NCBI GenBank assembly: GCA_050084985.1
Contig: JBITNC010000001.1
Coordinates: 63,798,001 to 63,862,000, forward strand
DNA: 64,000 nucleotides
From: Nageia nagi
Lineage: Eukaryota; Plantae; Pinophyta
Reading direction: 5' to 3'
The position numbers were made by a program, and so were the translations under genes. Shown in pieces: positions 24,001 to 39,000 of the stretch (position 1 is its first letter; each line of letters opens with the position of its first letter). The notes under the pieces are model-generated. The model saw only the letters and a list, made by a program, of their open reading frames with translations. It had not been told where the DNA came from and did not search any database.

Positions 24001-27000
24001 ACAATTTTGCAAACAAAGTGATCGAGGCTGACTTTCCTTTATAGCCTTCTAGATAGGACAGACGGTTTGAGTTGGGTGCAAAAGCACTCACTTGAAAGCA
24101 TGCGACTAGCCTTGATTGCTTCAAAAATGGCTAAGTCCCCCTTTCTCGTGTTCACATGGATTTGGATGGGTGCTAAAACACTCATTTGAGAACATGCGAC
24201 TGGCCTTTCCAGAAAAATGCGAAGTATGAGGCTCTAGTCTTGATCATACCGTTTTGGGTGGGTGGAAAAGCACTCACTTGAAAGCATGCAACATGCTTAA
24301 AACACGTTTTCTTGCCTTAAATTCCGACCAAAATGACTTCAAACATGAAATGCAATGAGGGAGAGATGAATTTCTATAGCATGAGGGACCTTGAAAGTGT
24401 AGTTTTGAGACGACAAATGAGTATGAAAATGCAGCATGAGGTTAGCCGCACCGTTTGGGAGGTCTGCAAAAGCACTTCCTTCAAAACATGCGATTGAGGA
24501 AAAATGCGTATTTCTGACTTGATTTGACCATGAATGTGCAGGTTTACCATGTTTCCTGAAGTTAGACCAAAATGCATACATTCCCTCTAACAAATGTTAC
24601 TTCCACACATTGTTCTTTTATTTCAAGGGTCCTCAAAATGCAAAATTTTTGGGGGGGTGTTGTGCAGGCACAACAAGATTGAAGAGTTATTTGGTAGCTG
24701 ATTGCCAAAATCGTGCAATGACTCTACCTGATCACCTGATAATTTCAAATCGTAGAAAGATTTGAACAATAAATTTTTGGGAATTTTTTGGTGCTTTTTT
24801 GTGAGATAGATCACATGGTGTGAATATTGCAGATCACATCTTGTGTGAGCATGCTATGAGTGGCACATAGTGTTTGTTTCTTTATGCACCCATATTATAA
24901 GGAGATCTTTTTGGGTGGGAAAACTTCTTCACATTTTGTTTCTCTTAATTTCACGATTTGTATATTCTATGTGTGGAGAAATTTGGTTGAGGTAACTTTT
25001 CTTCATTGATTCTTTCCGGAGTCTATTCTTGTATTCATTGTGGAGGTATTTGTTCAAGTTTTGATTTTTTGTGAATCATTCTCTTCCTTGGGATGTTTTA
25101 AGTATGAAGAAATTTAATTGCCAAGACATTTTTCTTCACAATTTTTGAGTGGAGACTTTTTGGTTGTACTTCATTCTTCTTGGCCTTCATCTCTTACTCT
25201 TCTTGTATAGATAAAAATGAGTTTGCCCACTATTTTATGACGAAGAATGATTTTGTGGCATTTTTTAGCCCTTTGGATTAAGGGGGGAACATTAGCTTAA
25301 TCCTTGAGATATTTTTTTGATGGAGGAAAATATTGTATACATGTTGAGGCATCATTTTTGTTTTATCCTTTCTTATCCTTTCAAATTAAGGGGGGGGAGT
25401 GATGTTAGAAACCTAATCCATAGGGATTAAGGTTATTTGTATAGTTATGTGATGATCCAAAACTCAACTCAAGCTCAAACTAACAAATTTGGACCATCAA
25501 ACCTAGAGGTCAGGCCTAGGGCATCAAATACAAATAAACCCTCAAGATGACAACGTTAGGGTTACGGCATTCAATATGAATTATAACAATGCAATTATGC
25601 CAACGTCTAAGCTAAGGTTTCATTACCAAGCATCCATACATCAATGTCTAGCCAGTATAATCATATACAACAATAATAACTCAATGCATGCACAAGATGA
25701 ATAACACAATACACAAATGAGATCCGAATGCCCTTGGCAATATACAAATGATCTGGAATAGCAATGATACAATACCAAGTCCAAGAGGGTTGACGTTGGC
25801 CTCTCAAGAGTTAACTAGGGCACAACAATGAATATCCTCACAACTGGAACAATCCTGGAACCATGGGACAGTATGCTTCCTCAAAATTTGATTCCCCTCC
25901 ACCGAAGGAGTCCTCCTCAAACCTTGGATAACCATTGAAGGTAGAAGCAATACCTCGAATGCCACTGGATGGGCAAGGGCGTTGCGTCAATGCCGTAGAA
26001 AGATAGGATCCCTCAGCCTGAATGCCCTCCTAAGTGTTGCACTTAAGGAGATTGCTTAACACTGCTAAGACTTGTTGTCCTTTGGACGGAATGTGTGTAA
26101 TAATAATAGTTTGGATATCCAGTAATGAGGCTTTAGTGTCTATTTATACATTTGCTTTGTTTGGGTCTCATGTAGGAGTCATCACTTGGCTCCTCTAACC
26201 CAACATTGGCCACTTGGGGGCCCGGAATTCCCAACGTGGGTGTCTAAGGGATAAACATGCCAATGTGGGGGTTGAGGGTGCATTAAGTGCCAATGTGTGA
26301 TCATGGGAGTGCCATGCATGCCCACTTGGGTCAGGGGGTAGACGTGGGGTCTGGGTGTCTAATTGGGCCAAAGTTAGGGTATAAGAGCCTCCCCAAGCCT
26401 AGCGCAAGCATATAAGTGGCCGCCCATTACTACAATGTAGAAAAGACCTTGGGATTCCCACAATCATGTCTTGGGATCTCCAAGTAAGATAAATACACCT
26501 AATCTAATTTTAGGAGGGAGATGTCCCATTTGGGGCTCACAATGGGGTCCATTGACCCATTAAGTATCCTAACCTAAGTTAGAATAATGAAAGTGCAAAT
26601 ACATAAAGTATATTACAAAGATGAGCCTTTTGGACCCGATAACTGAACAAAAGGATCGTCACAAGTTACCAGGTTCGTCCGAACTTGTCCAAGGTTCGGT
26701 CCAAACTGAACATTTTGAGCCAATGAGCGTACATAATACATACTAAAAATCAAGTCGTGCTTCCTCATTTATTGATAGAGCTTAGTAGTGTTGTCCATTG
26801 AGCCACCATTCATAAACCCTTCATTGGTTGCAGCACATGCTGATGGATTCGCCATGTAGTGTTTCTCTAGCATTTCCCTAAACAACTCCATGATGCCATA
26901 ATGTGACATAAATGAATGTCCAACATGGCCTCATCAAGCTTTAACTTTACAAATTTATCCTCCATTCTCCCAAATTTCACGAAAGTAATTCGAAGGTTTA

Positions 27001-30000
27001 TGTTTATACACAACTGAAACAACAAACACAAAACTTGCACTCTCTCTATTCAAACATGGAAAGATCCAAAGCCAATGCCTTCTCCATTCTGCCAACTTTT
27101 ATTTCAACCAAAAAAGTGAGGGTTTAACCTTATAGAAAATATACTTAAACAACAAACAAAATTCTCACATTTTGTAATCCAACATGAAGAGATCTAGCAA
27201 AAGAGAACGAAAAAACAAGAAATCGCATACATTTTGCTGACGATCTTCTGTTTGGATTCCTTTTAGAGTGTAGTCCTCCAATTGACATTGACATTGCCAT
27301 TGCTGTTGTTACTGACGGTGGTGGTGGCAGCATCCATAGAGACCTCACTTACTCAGTCTTTCTTGCTTTGCTTGTAGTTAGTCATGGGGAAAGATACCAC
27401 TCTCTAAAAACAAACATTGGCTGAAGCTCAAGCATGCACTTTTGAATTGAAAGAAGGAAGATGATGTTGGAGGCATATCGTGTGACTCTTGGATGCAACA
27501 ACTCCCTGTTTCGAGTGTATTGCCTTATCATGCTAAGAATATAGGATTTATTATAAATAAAATTGGTGATTGACCTTGCTTAGTCAACCATGTCTCTTAT
27601 GCAATCCAATTTGCTTATATCCTCTAATATAAGATCAAAGCAATGGCAAGCACATGGAGTCCAGAAAATGATGGGATACCTCTCCATAGGTATCCTCCTT
27701 GTTGCACCTCTCAATATGGGCTCAAATCTCCTCCTCCTGCACAAACTGGTTTAATATGTCACATAACATAGTTGCATCCTTTGTATGTGTGGATGCATCA
27801 ATGGATTTCATGAATAGCAATATACCGAGAAATTAATCAGGTTCTACCCTTCATATCTATCCACCCATCAGGTAATATGGTGCAACCCGTTAACTTCCCA
27901 GACTCTTGGACTTCAGACATTCTAAAAAAACAAAAACCAAAAACAAAGAAACTATAAATTAAATTACAACTCTACAAAAATGTAACTAAAAAATAAAAAC
28001 TACAATTAAAGAAATATTTTTAAAAAATTTAATGATTAAAATTTAATATACCTCTTCAAGCATTCTTGCTTGAGATTCCACACTAGAGGTCCTAGCAATT
28101 CTTCATAAGTGGGTGCGTTGTACTTAGCCCCAATCAAACAGACTACATCGAACATTAGGGCTCCTAGTAATGTTGATTGGTAGTCCTTCATAATGTACCA
28201 GCTTGGCCACTACCAAGTCTGCCTTTTTCTTCTCATTCTTGTTTAACAAACTGGTAAGAGATGGTTGGGCTCCAGGAGTTGTCCGTGGCCCAAAGTAGGA
28301 AGAGATTCTAGTACGTTGAGAAGTTTGTTGACTTCTACTTCCAACACTAGAACTCACATCAAGAATTTGAAATCTTGATCTTGAAGCATGTATCCCCAAG
28401 TCCATTTGAATTTCAGCATTCATCGCTTTCCTCTAGGGCATGACTTGCACTTTCAAGCTTGCAGCTAAGCAAATTTCCGCTTCTCTCCTTAGAATTTTTG
28501 AAATATGGGCTTTGAACCTTGTAATCAATCCAGAGATTACCTTTTTACAAAGGTTACATTGTAGCTTCCCTAATCTACGCTCATTGCCCTACAATAATGT
28601 TACATACTGCCAAAAGGGATATAACTCTAGGCATTTTGAAATCTAGACTGTAGAATGCAAGAAAATGATGAACATTCTTCTCCCATGGTGGACAAATGTA
28701 GCCTCCAACCTATTCCACGAGATTCACCTTCAAGGCTTCAGGAATGCTCCACACAACTCCACTTTCCCTTATCCCAATCCTACACATAAAAATGGCCCAA
28801 AATATTTTTCAGTTTCTCCATCTCAGCATTCTGTCCTTGTCTGCTGGCATATTTGCACATAAATTTGGTGTTTTTTTGTGTATATACTCACTGAAAAAAG
28901 CGTGTTCTATTTGCTTTAAGTCACATTTTTTTTTTTTGCAAAAATACACATTTTTTTTGAGTATTTATCACGTATATATGCTAAGAAAAATATGGGAAAT
29001 ATGTCATTTTTTGGTATAAATACATCATATTTAAAAATACACATTTTTTTGAAAAATATGCATAAATACAACGTATTTCTAAACTACGAAGATAACATAT
29101 CCAAAAGAATATAAAGAAAATGAACAGAAAAGTGAATTTCATGAATACTGCAATTGAACACAAAGTTTTCCAACTTGGGCTTCCTCTCAACTCGATTAAC
29201 TGTTCAATCCTTTTTAGGTAACTTATACACGGGATATTTGGTGATGTTAATCTTGCACTAACTGCTAGCTTCTACAGAGTCACATTTTCAGATCAACTGT
29301 TCCATATTGATAGTAAATTAATAATGTTATTGGAGCTTGAAGTCTGCATCTTGAACAATTTTGTCATTTTAGATTTGGTAAAAATTTAAAGGAAAGGGAT
29401 TCTTTTCAATGGAAAGTTGTAGTAGGCTTTTAATATTTTATAAATTTATACAGCTGTTTTTCACATAAATCTGACATATATATGCATATCAGTTTGTTTT
29501 CATCAAATATGTTTTTTTTTGGTGTATAAATACTGCTTACATCACAAGGTTTTACAAGAGTCCTCATTCTTACTTCAGCTACTGGAACCTAAGACCTGGC
29601 TAGAACCAAGCCCAAACCCTACCACTAGGGTACCCATCATTGGGTAAATATGTACATATTTGACAAAGTATGTCATGAAAAAACAATGATCTAGATTTTT
29701 TTGCATCTTTTGCTGTTATTCTTGATTTCCTACAACACACATTATGTTATTGAAACACACTTATTTTTTGTTTGAAATTCGAGTTACTCATGTCTGGTTG
29801 CTTCATTGATTCTAATGCAGGATATATCAAGATGCCTTCTATGGTTGCAAAGAGTTAATCAAACTTGGCCACTGATTGATACTGACCCTATGGAGAAGCC
29901 AATAGATATGCTTATGCTTAACAGATTGAAGGAGACCTATTGCAAGATTCAAGTAGGTTTTTAGTTTAAGCTTTTAGAAATGCTTTTTTAAGAACTGGAA

Positions 30001-33000
30001 ACAACCATTTTTTTTGTAAAACATAGAAAACGTAATGTTGAAACTCTGCAAGTCTTGAAAAGAATCTCTGAGTCCTGATCTGATTCAGGTCTAATGAGTC
30101 CAAATGAAATCTGGCAAGTCTAACTTGGCTTGGCGAGTTTATGGGAGTTCAAATCTGATAAATAAAACAAGGAAACTAAAAATACTACATATCCCACATA
30201 TTTCTGTGTATTTTGATTTATAATGTTAATTTGAAGTGTTTGTTTGTCAATGATCTGGATTTGTTGATAACTGTATAAAAATACTGTTTGTTTTTGTGAA
30301 ATTTTCTGGAGTATAGAAATTTTTTTGCCGAGTCTATCTCAAGATTTTACCAAGTCTCTTCCCAAGGCTGAATTTCAACACTTAACTAGGAATTAAAAAG
30401 ATTGTTAGTCTTTCTATGAAACATATGAAAAGCCGCAGAGTGAACATAGGAGATGTGGAATCTGCCTGTGAACTTGATTCACTTTTGCTAGGTATTGGTT
30501 CTATTGATCAAGACATACTATGGTATTCTTTTCTAACCTCACTCAGAAGCAACGTTATTCAGATTGTTATTTTACTTTCTACTAATTGTTTGGATTGTGA
30601 TCATAGTATTATAAATTGTACAGGAAGGAGATTTGACTGCTGAAGCAGATGTCTATTGTTTTAAGGCAAGCTTGCCAACAGAGGTTTATAGAGTCAGTTT
30701 GTCATCTCTAAATGTAAGTCCAAAAGCATAATGAATTTTGATCTTCTCAAATTGGGAAATTTTATTGCATTCTTCAAACTTGTGCATGCTTTGAAGTTGA
30801 GACTTCTGTTGGTTTGTACAGGGCATGCAAATACTTTAGTTCTGACAAGACATGATAATTTTAATACTATAGGACTTTTGACGAGTGAAAACAAAAGCAT
30901 GTTAGCTGTTATTAGAAATCGAATTGTGAGTAGATAAATGACACGCAGTAAAGAATTTTGCAAATTTCTGTGAAATACCTAAGCACCAGATATATTTGGG
31001 AGTAGGAGACTTGCAAATTGAAAAAACATTATTGAGTCTGATTTCAGGGCTGGTCCCAGTTAGTCTCATCTTAGTTTGTGTCTTACTCTTAGCTGTGAAA
31101 GAGAGGATTTATGATAGTCATTTGAAGAATCATCATCATCTGTCACACAATCCTTGAGATATTTTGTTCTTTCTTAACATGTATTCTTATACCACTTTTC
31201 TTTGGGAATCTATCCTCACAAATTGGCTGTATTATGAATTTTTGCGTCTTCTCCTTGTATTGAAGCATTAAGATTTTGTACAATATTCTTTAAGCACCCA
31301 TTTCAGGCTTGATATACCTTGCTATAATTTCTGTGAGTGGAAGTTGTTCATGTTGAATACCAGTCTTGATTCATTCTCCTAGTCACAATCGATTCAAACT
31401 TGCTAGCAATCTAGGAGACAATCTTCTAGTTTTAATCTTGAATTTGTTTCCATCATAAATCTAATTTACTCAAAATAGAATGACTGCAAACTGAACTACT
31501 GCAATGTAATAATTTCTTTCCTCAAGAGCTCTGTCATTGTGATTATACTTGACTCACATTAGGCCCATCATATGGCATAAACCTCTTTGAATATTTACAT
31601 TTAAGGATCTTATAACATTGAGTAAACTTGATACCATGGTTCTGTTGTGCGTGCAGTTGGTTTGTGTCAACCAGTTTATTTCAAGAGCTTGTGCTTTCAT
31701 GATATCAGTTTTTACCTTTTCACAAATGCCATTTGTATGTGTATGGATACAAGATATAAATTCTATAATATAAAGTTTAGTATGTGTTTTAGGGTAGATT
31801 AGTCTCGTTAAATCAGTTTAGTATGATTTAGACTGCCTATCTTTTATGAAGACTGGGGAATACTTGGATGTACAATAATCCAACACTTGGTATTCTATAA
31901 ACTTTAATGAAAACACAAGAGAAAATTTGGCTTTGGCACTATTTTATCATATCCAGAATGAGATCTCTTTGTTAAGCACATTCCTCCTGATCTTGTGAGA
32001 TTTTGCTTGCCAAGCATGCAGCACTTACAAATTTCTTCTTGCATTTTAACTTGCTTGGGAAGCATGATGGTATTATGTTTACAGACAAGAAAGCCAGCAG
32101 TTGTGAAATAGGCAACTACGAAGGAAAGAGATTAGGCAAAGTAGCCTTTCAGAAAATTGCTAAGAAGCCTAAGGATTAAGCTACATTTCAGCCAACACAG
32201 ATCCACCCAACCTCTTTTTTGGGATGGAAATCTTTCCTCTTACTTGGTGCATCGCCTAGGCGATCAAGACCGGAAAGCAACCCAGCATTAGGTGAGAACG
32301 CATTATTGATCTCTTGTAAGGATTGATACCCCAAGGTTTCTTACGGAAGCTTGTGTCGTTAATACAAGCTTGAATTGTGTAGGTTTTGTTTGGAAATCAA
32401 TTAAGTGGTGGGATAGAGATAGTTGTTGTTAACTAACATTTTTTTATAGGGACTGAGGTAATTATCATGCAATGTTCGAAAGTTGCTATGGATTTTAAAG
32501 AAAGTAAAAATAAAGAAAAAAAAAAAGGTTGAGAATGAGGCGGATACTTGGCTAGATTTCAAAGAGATTATCACAATGTAAGCATTGTCTAAATTTTCTT
32601 TCTTTCGGATCAGTTAAGAAGTCTTGTTCAATTCATCAAACTTTGAAAACAAACAGCTGTTGTCCAATCGTTTCAAAGAAGAGCGAAAAGCAAAGCTGAT
32701 TGTCGGTATTCCGTAAACGGGATCGAACAATGAAAAGATCTTAGAGTGGGTCACATGGACGGATAGGTTTTGAACAAGAAAGCCTAATCAGATATCATGA
32801 AAGAAAGGGAATTCAAAACACAAAACATTTAAACATGGAAGCCATGGATTAGCAACAATTTGGGACAATTCAAACACTTTAGAAATATTTCCAACAAATT
32901 CTCCCAAAACTCATGAGTTTTCAAGGAGAGAGCATGAAAATATTCGAATCATTACAAATTGTTCTAAAAGGTCAATCCACAACTCCAATGGATGACAAAA

Positions 33001-36000
33001 ACACTTTGAATCAATTTTTTAGCCACTTGTATTATGTTCATAAAAGAGTTATGCACATGTACATCAATTTGCTCCTCAATTACAAAAAAAATCGATTTTT
33101 ACGAAATTTCTCCTTTTCTTACACTTGAACATTCTAAGTGAAAAGGAGACCCCCTATGATCTATTTATAGACTTTTTAGGGACAACTTTTGGGCGTTGCC
33201 CTAATTCTAACTTAATGAAATTGAAATGCAAACGAAATTACATTTGAAGTGGTAGGAGAGTACATTCTTTTTTTCAACCACTTTAGTGTATTTACATGAA
33301 AATTTATTTTTTTACAAAGGATCTTGTGGATCTTGAGGCTGCTTTGGATCTCCTCCACCATCTTTGAGTACTTTTCGTTAAAATGTAGATTCCATCTTTG
33401 ATTTGAGCGATCTTGGCAAGCTTTTGAGCAATCTTCTAAGGATTTTTTGAAAAATGGATTGTTTGGTCTAAAATCTGGAAAATGATGAGGGGGGGGGTGG
33501 CAAAATTTATAAAAAAATTTAAAAAGTGCCCGAATGGGTCTTATATGGCTATGGGTGGTTTGGTGATGGATCTTGAAGGTGTTTAGGATTGATTTGAAGG
33601 TTTTTGGAGCTTGGGCTCAAAATTTGGGATTTTTAGCATTTTGGAAAAAATTTAGCTAGAGTGACCAAGTATGGTGCTCAAGTTTGGTAAAAAAACTCAT
33701 ATTTTGAAAACCTACGGCTAGCTTGAGGGGGCATCAAATTTGTTCAATTTTGAAACTTCCAAGCCCAATGTTACATGATTTTTGATCCTCTATCAAACCC
33801 ATGTTTTTGATTTTTCATTTGATCATGTCAAATTTTCACCATTTTAGAATGCAAGCATGCTAGGCACCAAAACTTTTGGTTTGATGACATCAAACCCCTC
33901 AAAACATGTGCCTACATCTTGGGGATGGAATTTTGATCCATTTAGGATGATATAAAACACAAAGTCGTGTATTTTTGCACCCTCCATCATGCCATGTGCT
34001 CAAAAAAATTTCAAATTTTTTATGAAATGTGAGCTATCTTACTCCTAGGCGCCAAAAAATTTGCTTTGATGACATCAGAGCACCCTAAACCTGCACCTAA
34101 CCTTGATGGGCATGATTTTAGTCAATTTTTGAATCCTTCAAGAGCAAAGTTGCTCATCTTTACATCTTCCACAATACCCATGTGGTAGATTTTTGAATTT
34201 GGAAAGTTGAAATATTGTCAATTTGGAAGGCAGTTGGGTCTAGGTGGCAAAAAATTTGGTTTGATGATGTCAAACCCCCTAAAACCTGCACCTATGTGCT
34301 TGGGACATGAATTTTGCTTTTTTTCAAAAATTCCAAGTCCAAACTTTCCTCATTTTACCTCCTACACCTTGCCATGTCATCGAAATTGGGATGAAAAAAT
34401 TGTCAAAATTGAGTACTAGAAGCTAGGTGCCAAAAATTTGGCTTTGATGGTGTCAAACCCCTTAAAACATGCACCTAGATCTCCTTGGTGCAATCTTGAT
34501 CCAATTAAAAAAATTCCAAGCCTAAACATGCTTGGAATTCGACCCTTCATGTCTTGGCATTCTTGAAACTCGCTCCAAATTCGATCCAAAAAACACCTAT
34601 TTTGCCTTAGGTTCCAATTTCTAGTCTTTGATGACATCAAAGCTTTGGGAATCTACACCTAGTTGGGAGAGAGAGCAAACTTGATTGAATCCCGAAAATT
34701 GCAAGCCTAAACTTATTTGAAACTGGGTCCTCTACTAGCCTTTCTTTTGATTCCAACTCTGAAAAATGACCCCATCTCTATTGGTCTTATTCGAGACTCA
34801 AAAATCCTGTATACTGGTGAACTCTCTGGATCTTGGCTCCTTGGCTTCAAAATTGGTGGCTGGATGCTATGACACTCTTCAAAGTCTTCGACAGACAATC
34901 TCTGTGAATCACTCCTTGATATCATCTTTGCACTGTTCAGACTCAACTATCCGTCACCTAAAGCCAATCTGAAGCCAATGCATCTCATTGCCTTTGCAAA
35001 AATAGGGTCCCCAACATCTTGTATTTTGAGGTGTGTTTTGTGGGCACAACACTTTCTTATTGACTCTTTCAACCATAAAACAGGGGTCAAGGATGAGGAT
35101 TTCCTTAGTTTTCCACCTAGTAGAGCTCCTTTGATGTACTTGATATATATGGACATGCTATTTGACAGATGAGGACTGTAGATTCTTTTATGCAGATTTG
35201 TTAACCAGAAAACAGAGAGATCTCCTTTGGTGCATTTGTAACGAAAGATTGTCATAGACAACAGCTATTTTTGGAAGCCTATTTCAGCAAAACTGATTTT
35301 TGTACGGATAAGACGATATTAGTGTTGCAGCAGCATTTTCATTAGCCAATCCTGAGGACAAGTGACTCAATATACTCCTTTGCCCATTCTCTCTCATCCA
35401 TTGGAGCCCATTTCCATGAATTTCTTGTCTACATTACCTCTAGTAGAAGGCAGTTTGACTGTAATGCGTGCTGATTGATTGGCTTTCTAACTATAGTTTT
35501 GGCTTCATAGCCTTGCATATGTTTGCATACACAAAGGTGAACATTGACAACATCTGTTTCAGGAAATCCATTTCAACATTGTTGTTGGTCATTTCGGTGT
35601 TGATAAGTGGATAAGACCATTTCAGTTCTGTAATGCTATTTTCATTGGCCAAGTGTAAGGACAAATGTGAATCTCTATATTATAGGACATTTTGTCTGCC
35701 ATTTCCAAACCACGTAGCATGTAAATAGAGTTGTATTATCCCTTGCCCATGACTGGTAGTGTGTGGGAATCCATTTCTAGGGATTGGTTCTCTGGATTAT
35801 GCCATGTCAGAAGACCATTATAGCTAAATAGACAGCCCAACTATATTTCAGAAATGTTTTGGTTCTTTACAGGCTTTATTCTTCTATCATTTTAGATTGT
35901 GATTCTAGATTATTGAGCACTTTTTGGAAATCCCTTTGGTCATTCTTGGATACCAACTTATTCATGGACACGACTATCCTCCAGCCAAATTTGCTTATAT

Positions 36001-39000
36001 ATTATGGGCGTATATCCTATATACCTTGGGCATGTATACCTCAAATCAGAAAAAACCTGACATGCTAGATGAATTAGGGCCAAAGTCAACCAGATTCAAG
36101 CACCCATTACCAATCCAAGCCTGTTGCAACAAGTTCCAGCCATTTCTATATGTGATCCAAAAATGATATATGCACAGGGTATATTTCAAATTTGGCTGGA
36201 GGATAGTCTTCTGCCTTATTCATGTCTACAACATACCATCCACATAGAGATGGAAGGAAAAGTTCATCAATATGACCTCAGTTCAGCTATTATGGATCTA
36301 TACCAGGAAGTTATGTTCTTGGGATGATACCCTTCCTTTTTTTCTCACATAGATATATTATAGTTCAACGTAGTTGTACTTGTTGGAGCCGTGTGACGTA
36401 CCCCTTTGAGTATTGTAATTAATTCTAGAATCCAACGGATTCCCTCTTTGTACATATTTAATTATTGAATTATGTTTTATTAGTTAGGACTTAGGATAGA
36501 AGATATAAAGGTCCGTTGGACCCCACTGTGAGCCCCAAGTGGGACGTCTCCCTCCCAAGTGTAGTTTAGTGTGTTTTAATGTACTTGGAGATCTCAAAAC
36601 ATGATCGTGGGAATCCCAAGGTGTATTTAGCACTTAAAGCGTAGACGATCACTTGATGGCCCCAACGTTGAGATTGGGAGCACTTGTACACATGCGCCAA
36701 CCTTAGGGAGACTTCTAGACCCCCACGTTGGCCCATGACATCCACGCATGCCCCTAGATGCGCACACATGCCTCCTTGACCCACGCATGCATCCCTAAGC
36801 CCACGTTGAGCTTGAGGACCCACGTGGAGTATGAGGGAGTCCTAGATAACCATGTTGGGCCTGGAATGACTCCTAGGTGCCATCGTTGGGGTTTGAGGGG
36901 ATTGGGTGATGACTTTGAGGTGAGATCCAAATCCGAGAAAGCTATATTAGTCCTTGGAGCATCATTGCTGGATATACAGAAATTGATTATCACACATACC
37001 GTCCAGAGGACAGAAATCTTGGCGCAACGTCAAGCAACATCCCTTGGTGCAACATCTAGGAGGGTTAACAGGTTGAGGGATCTTGTTGATCTACGACTTT
37101 GGTGTAGCACATTAGTCCATCCGGTGGCATTCCGAGGCACACTTCTACCATTCAGTTGGTCGCCAGGGTTTGGAGAGAGCTCTTTCGATGGAGAGGATTT
37201 GGATTATTAGGGAGTGACGTTGTCCCATTTAGTGTTCCGTCCGTCCAACATTGAGCATATTCATTGTGCCCTAGTTGGCTCCTTGGAGGCCAACATTGAG
37301 CCCTGTGGGCTTGGTATTGTATCTTTGTTCATCATACATCATAATACAAGCTGTGGGCTATTGGATCTCATATTCTGCTGTGCACTTGTCTGTATTTGCA
37401 ACGTTGTGGTGTATTTGTCCTTTCATGCATGTTGTAGCCAGATGTTGGCACTATTGTGTTGTGTAGACTTGTAATTGATGCCCTTCTTGGCTAGACGTTG
37501 GTGTATACTTGTGTGTTTGGGTTTAATTGCACTTGGATTTGTATTTGGGATTCTACAAGCCCTTTTGAGGTATTCTATGATTTTTCAGGTCTAACACAAC
37601 ATGAGTTGATAACATTGCAAAGTTCACATAACATATTTATAACATTCAGCAGCAAGTCAATGAGATTTTCGAGAAAAAAACGAAGTACAAGGAGCAACAT
37701 AAACAGCACTGTGTCCCTGATAATTTCAAGTTTGGAGATAAATTTAGGATATATTTTGAAAGGAGTCCTTCAAGGGTACTCATTGGAAAACAATTGTTTA
37801 GCTATGGTCTGCACACTGTCATCAGATATGTTGAAGACTTGTTTTTCAGGTTGGTCTTCCTCCTTACAGGGGATTGCATCCAGTCTTCAGTGTTGAGTTA
37901 CTATGCCCATATTATCTACCTCATATGGAGAGAGATGGTACCCACATGGAGCACACTACATATCTTGATGCAGAAATCATCCTTAGAAATGAAATGAAAT
38001 GAAATATTATTAATGTCCCCAGGGGGCCAAAATGGCCCAAGGGACTGCGAAAATGACACCTCAATGACAACATGTGAGAAGGCATAAGCACTCAACAGAA
38101 AAAAAAAAGAAACAAAAGTGCATACAATATCATGACCCAAGGAGTGGGCCTTGAAGAGTAAGGTGGAAGTAGGAAGGAGAGAGAGTGGATAAAGATCACT
38201 TATTAAGAAACAGATGAGGACAGTTTGGAATACAACCAATCCACTGTATTGGATAGTTAATGCTTCCAGATTTCACTTCATACGAAATGGCTTACTTGGA
38301 AACAGATTCAGCAGAAGTTCTCTCATTTACTTGCAGATATTGATGCAGTGAAGGCCATTGCTACCTGGGAGGAAGCCTTGATCCAGACACATCCACTTTT
38401 AGTTATTTTCCAGCTGATAAAGGTCCCATTTTTCTCTTCCTTTGACTTTTGCAATGGCACTGTGGGGTTACCCACCCACATCTATATTTTAAAGACTCAT
38501 TATATTTTTGTAAATATCCAGCTAATCAGTTCAGGTGATGTACATTTATTGTATGCAACGCCTTTGGCTATAAATCATCTGTTTGTACACATTTGTGCAT
38601 ACCAATTTCACTGTGTTCATACTTTTGTGTGGTTTTGTCTTTTTGTCATCTGCCAGACCTGCGTAGATCACATGTTTTGATGATGACATGCCCTTGCAAA
38701 ATTGCTTCACAATTGTAAATACTAGTGCTTCTGTAAACATCCACCTACTCAGGTTAGGTTATGTACATTCAGTTTATTTTATATGTCACTTTCAAGTTTT
38801 TCCTATATGTGTAAAGCCACATGAATAACAAGTTCATCCTTTTGTGCACATTTGTACGTACTGAATGCTGCTTTCTACATACACTTTTGTGGCCGTGTCA
38901 TTTTGTGACCTAGCAAACCCTGCTGGATCTGGATTACAAGTTTTAAGAATTAGATGTCCTTCTTGCACAAAAATCTTCTAAAGGCATTATCATAGACTGC

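Noticed and set aside
14801-24675. B and F as the two LTRs of one element
   Set aside because: B has its own TSD on both sides, no PBS or PPT lies between them, and F is truncated
37590-38350. Possible minus-strand pol remnants (also about 11560-11940, 13900-14700, 41700-42300, 52000-52500)
   Set aside because: Too decayed to assign domains or boundaries by eye
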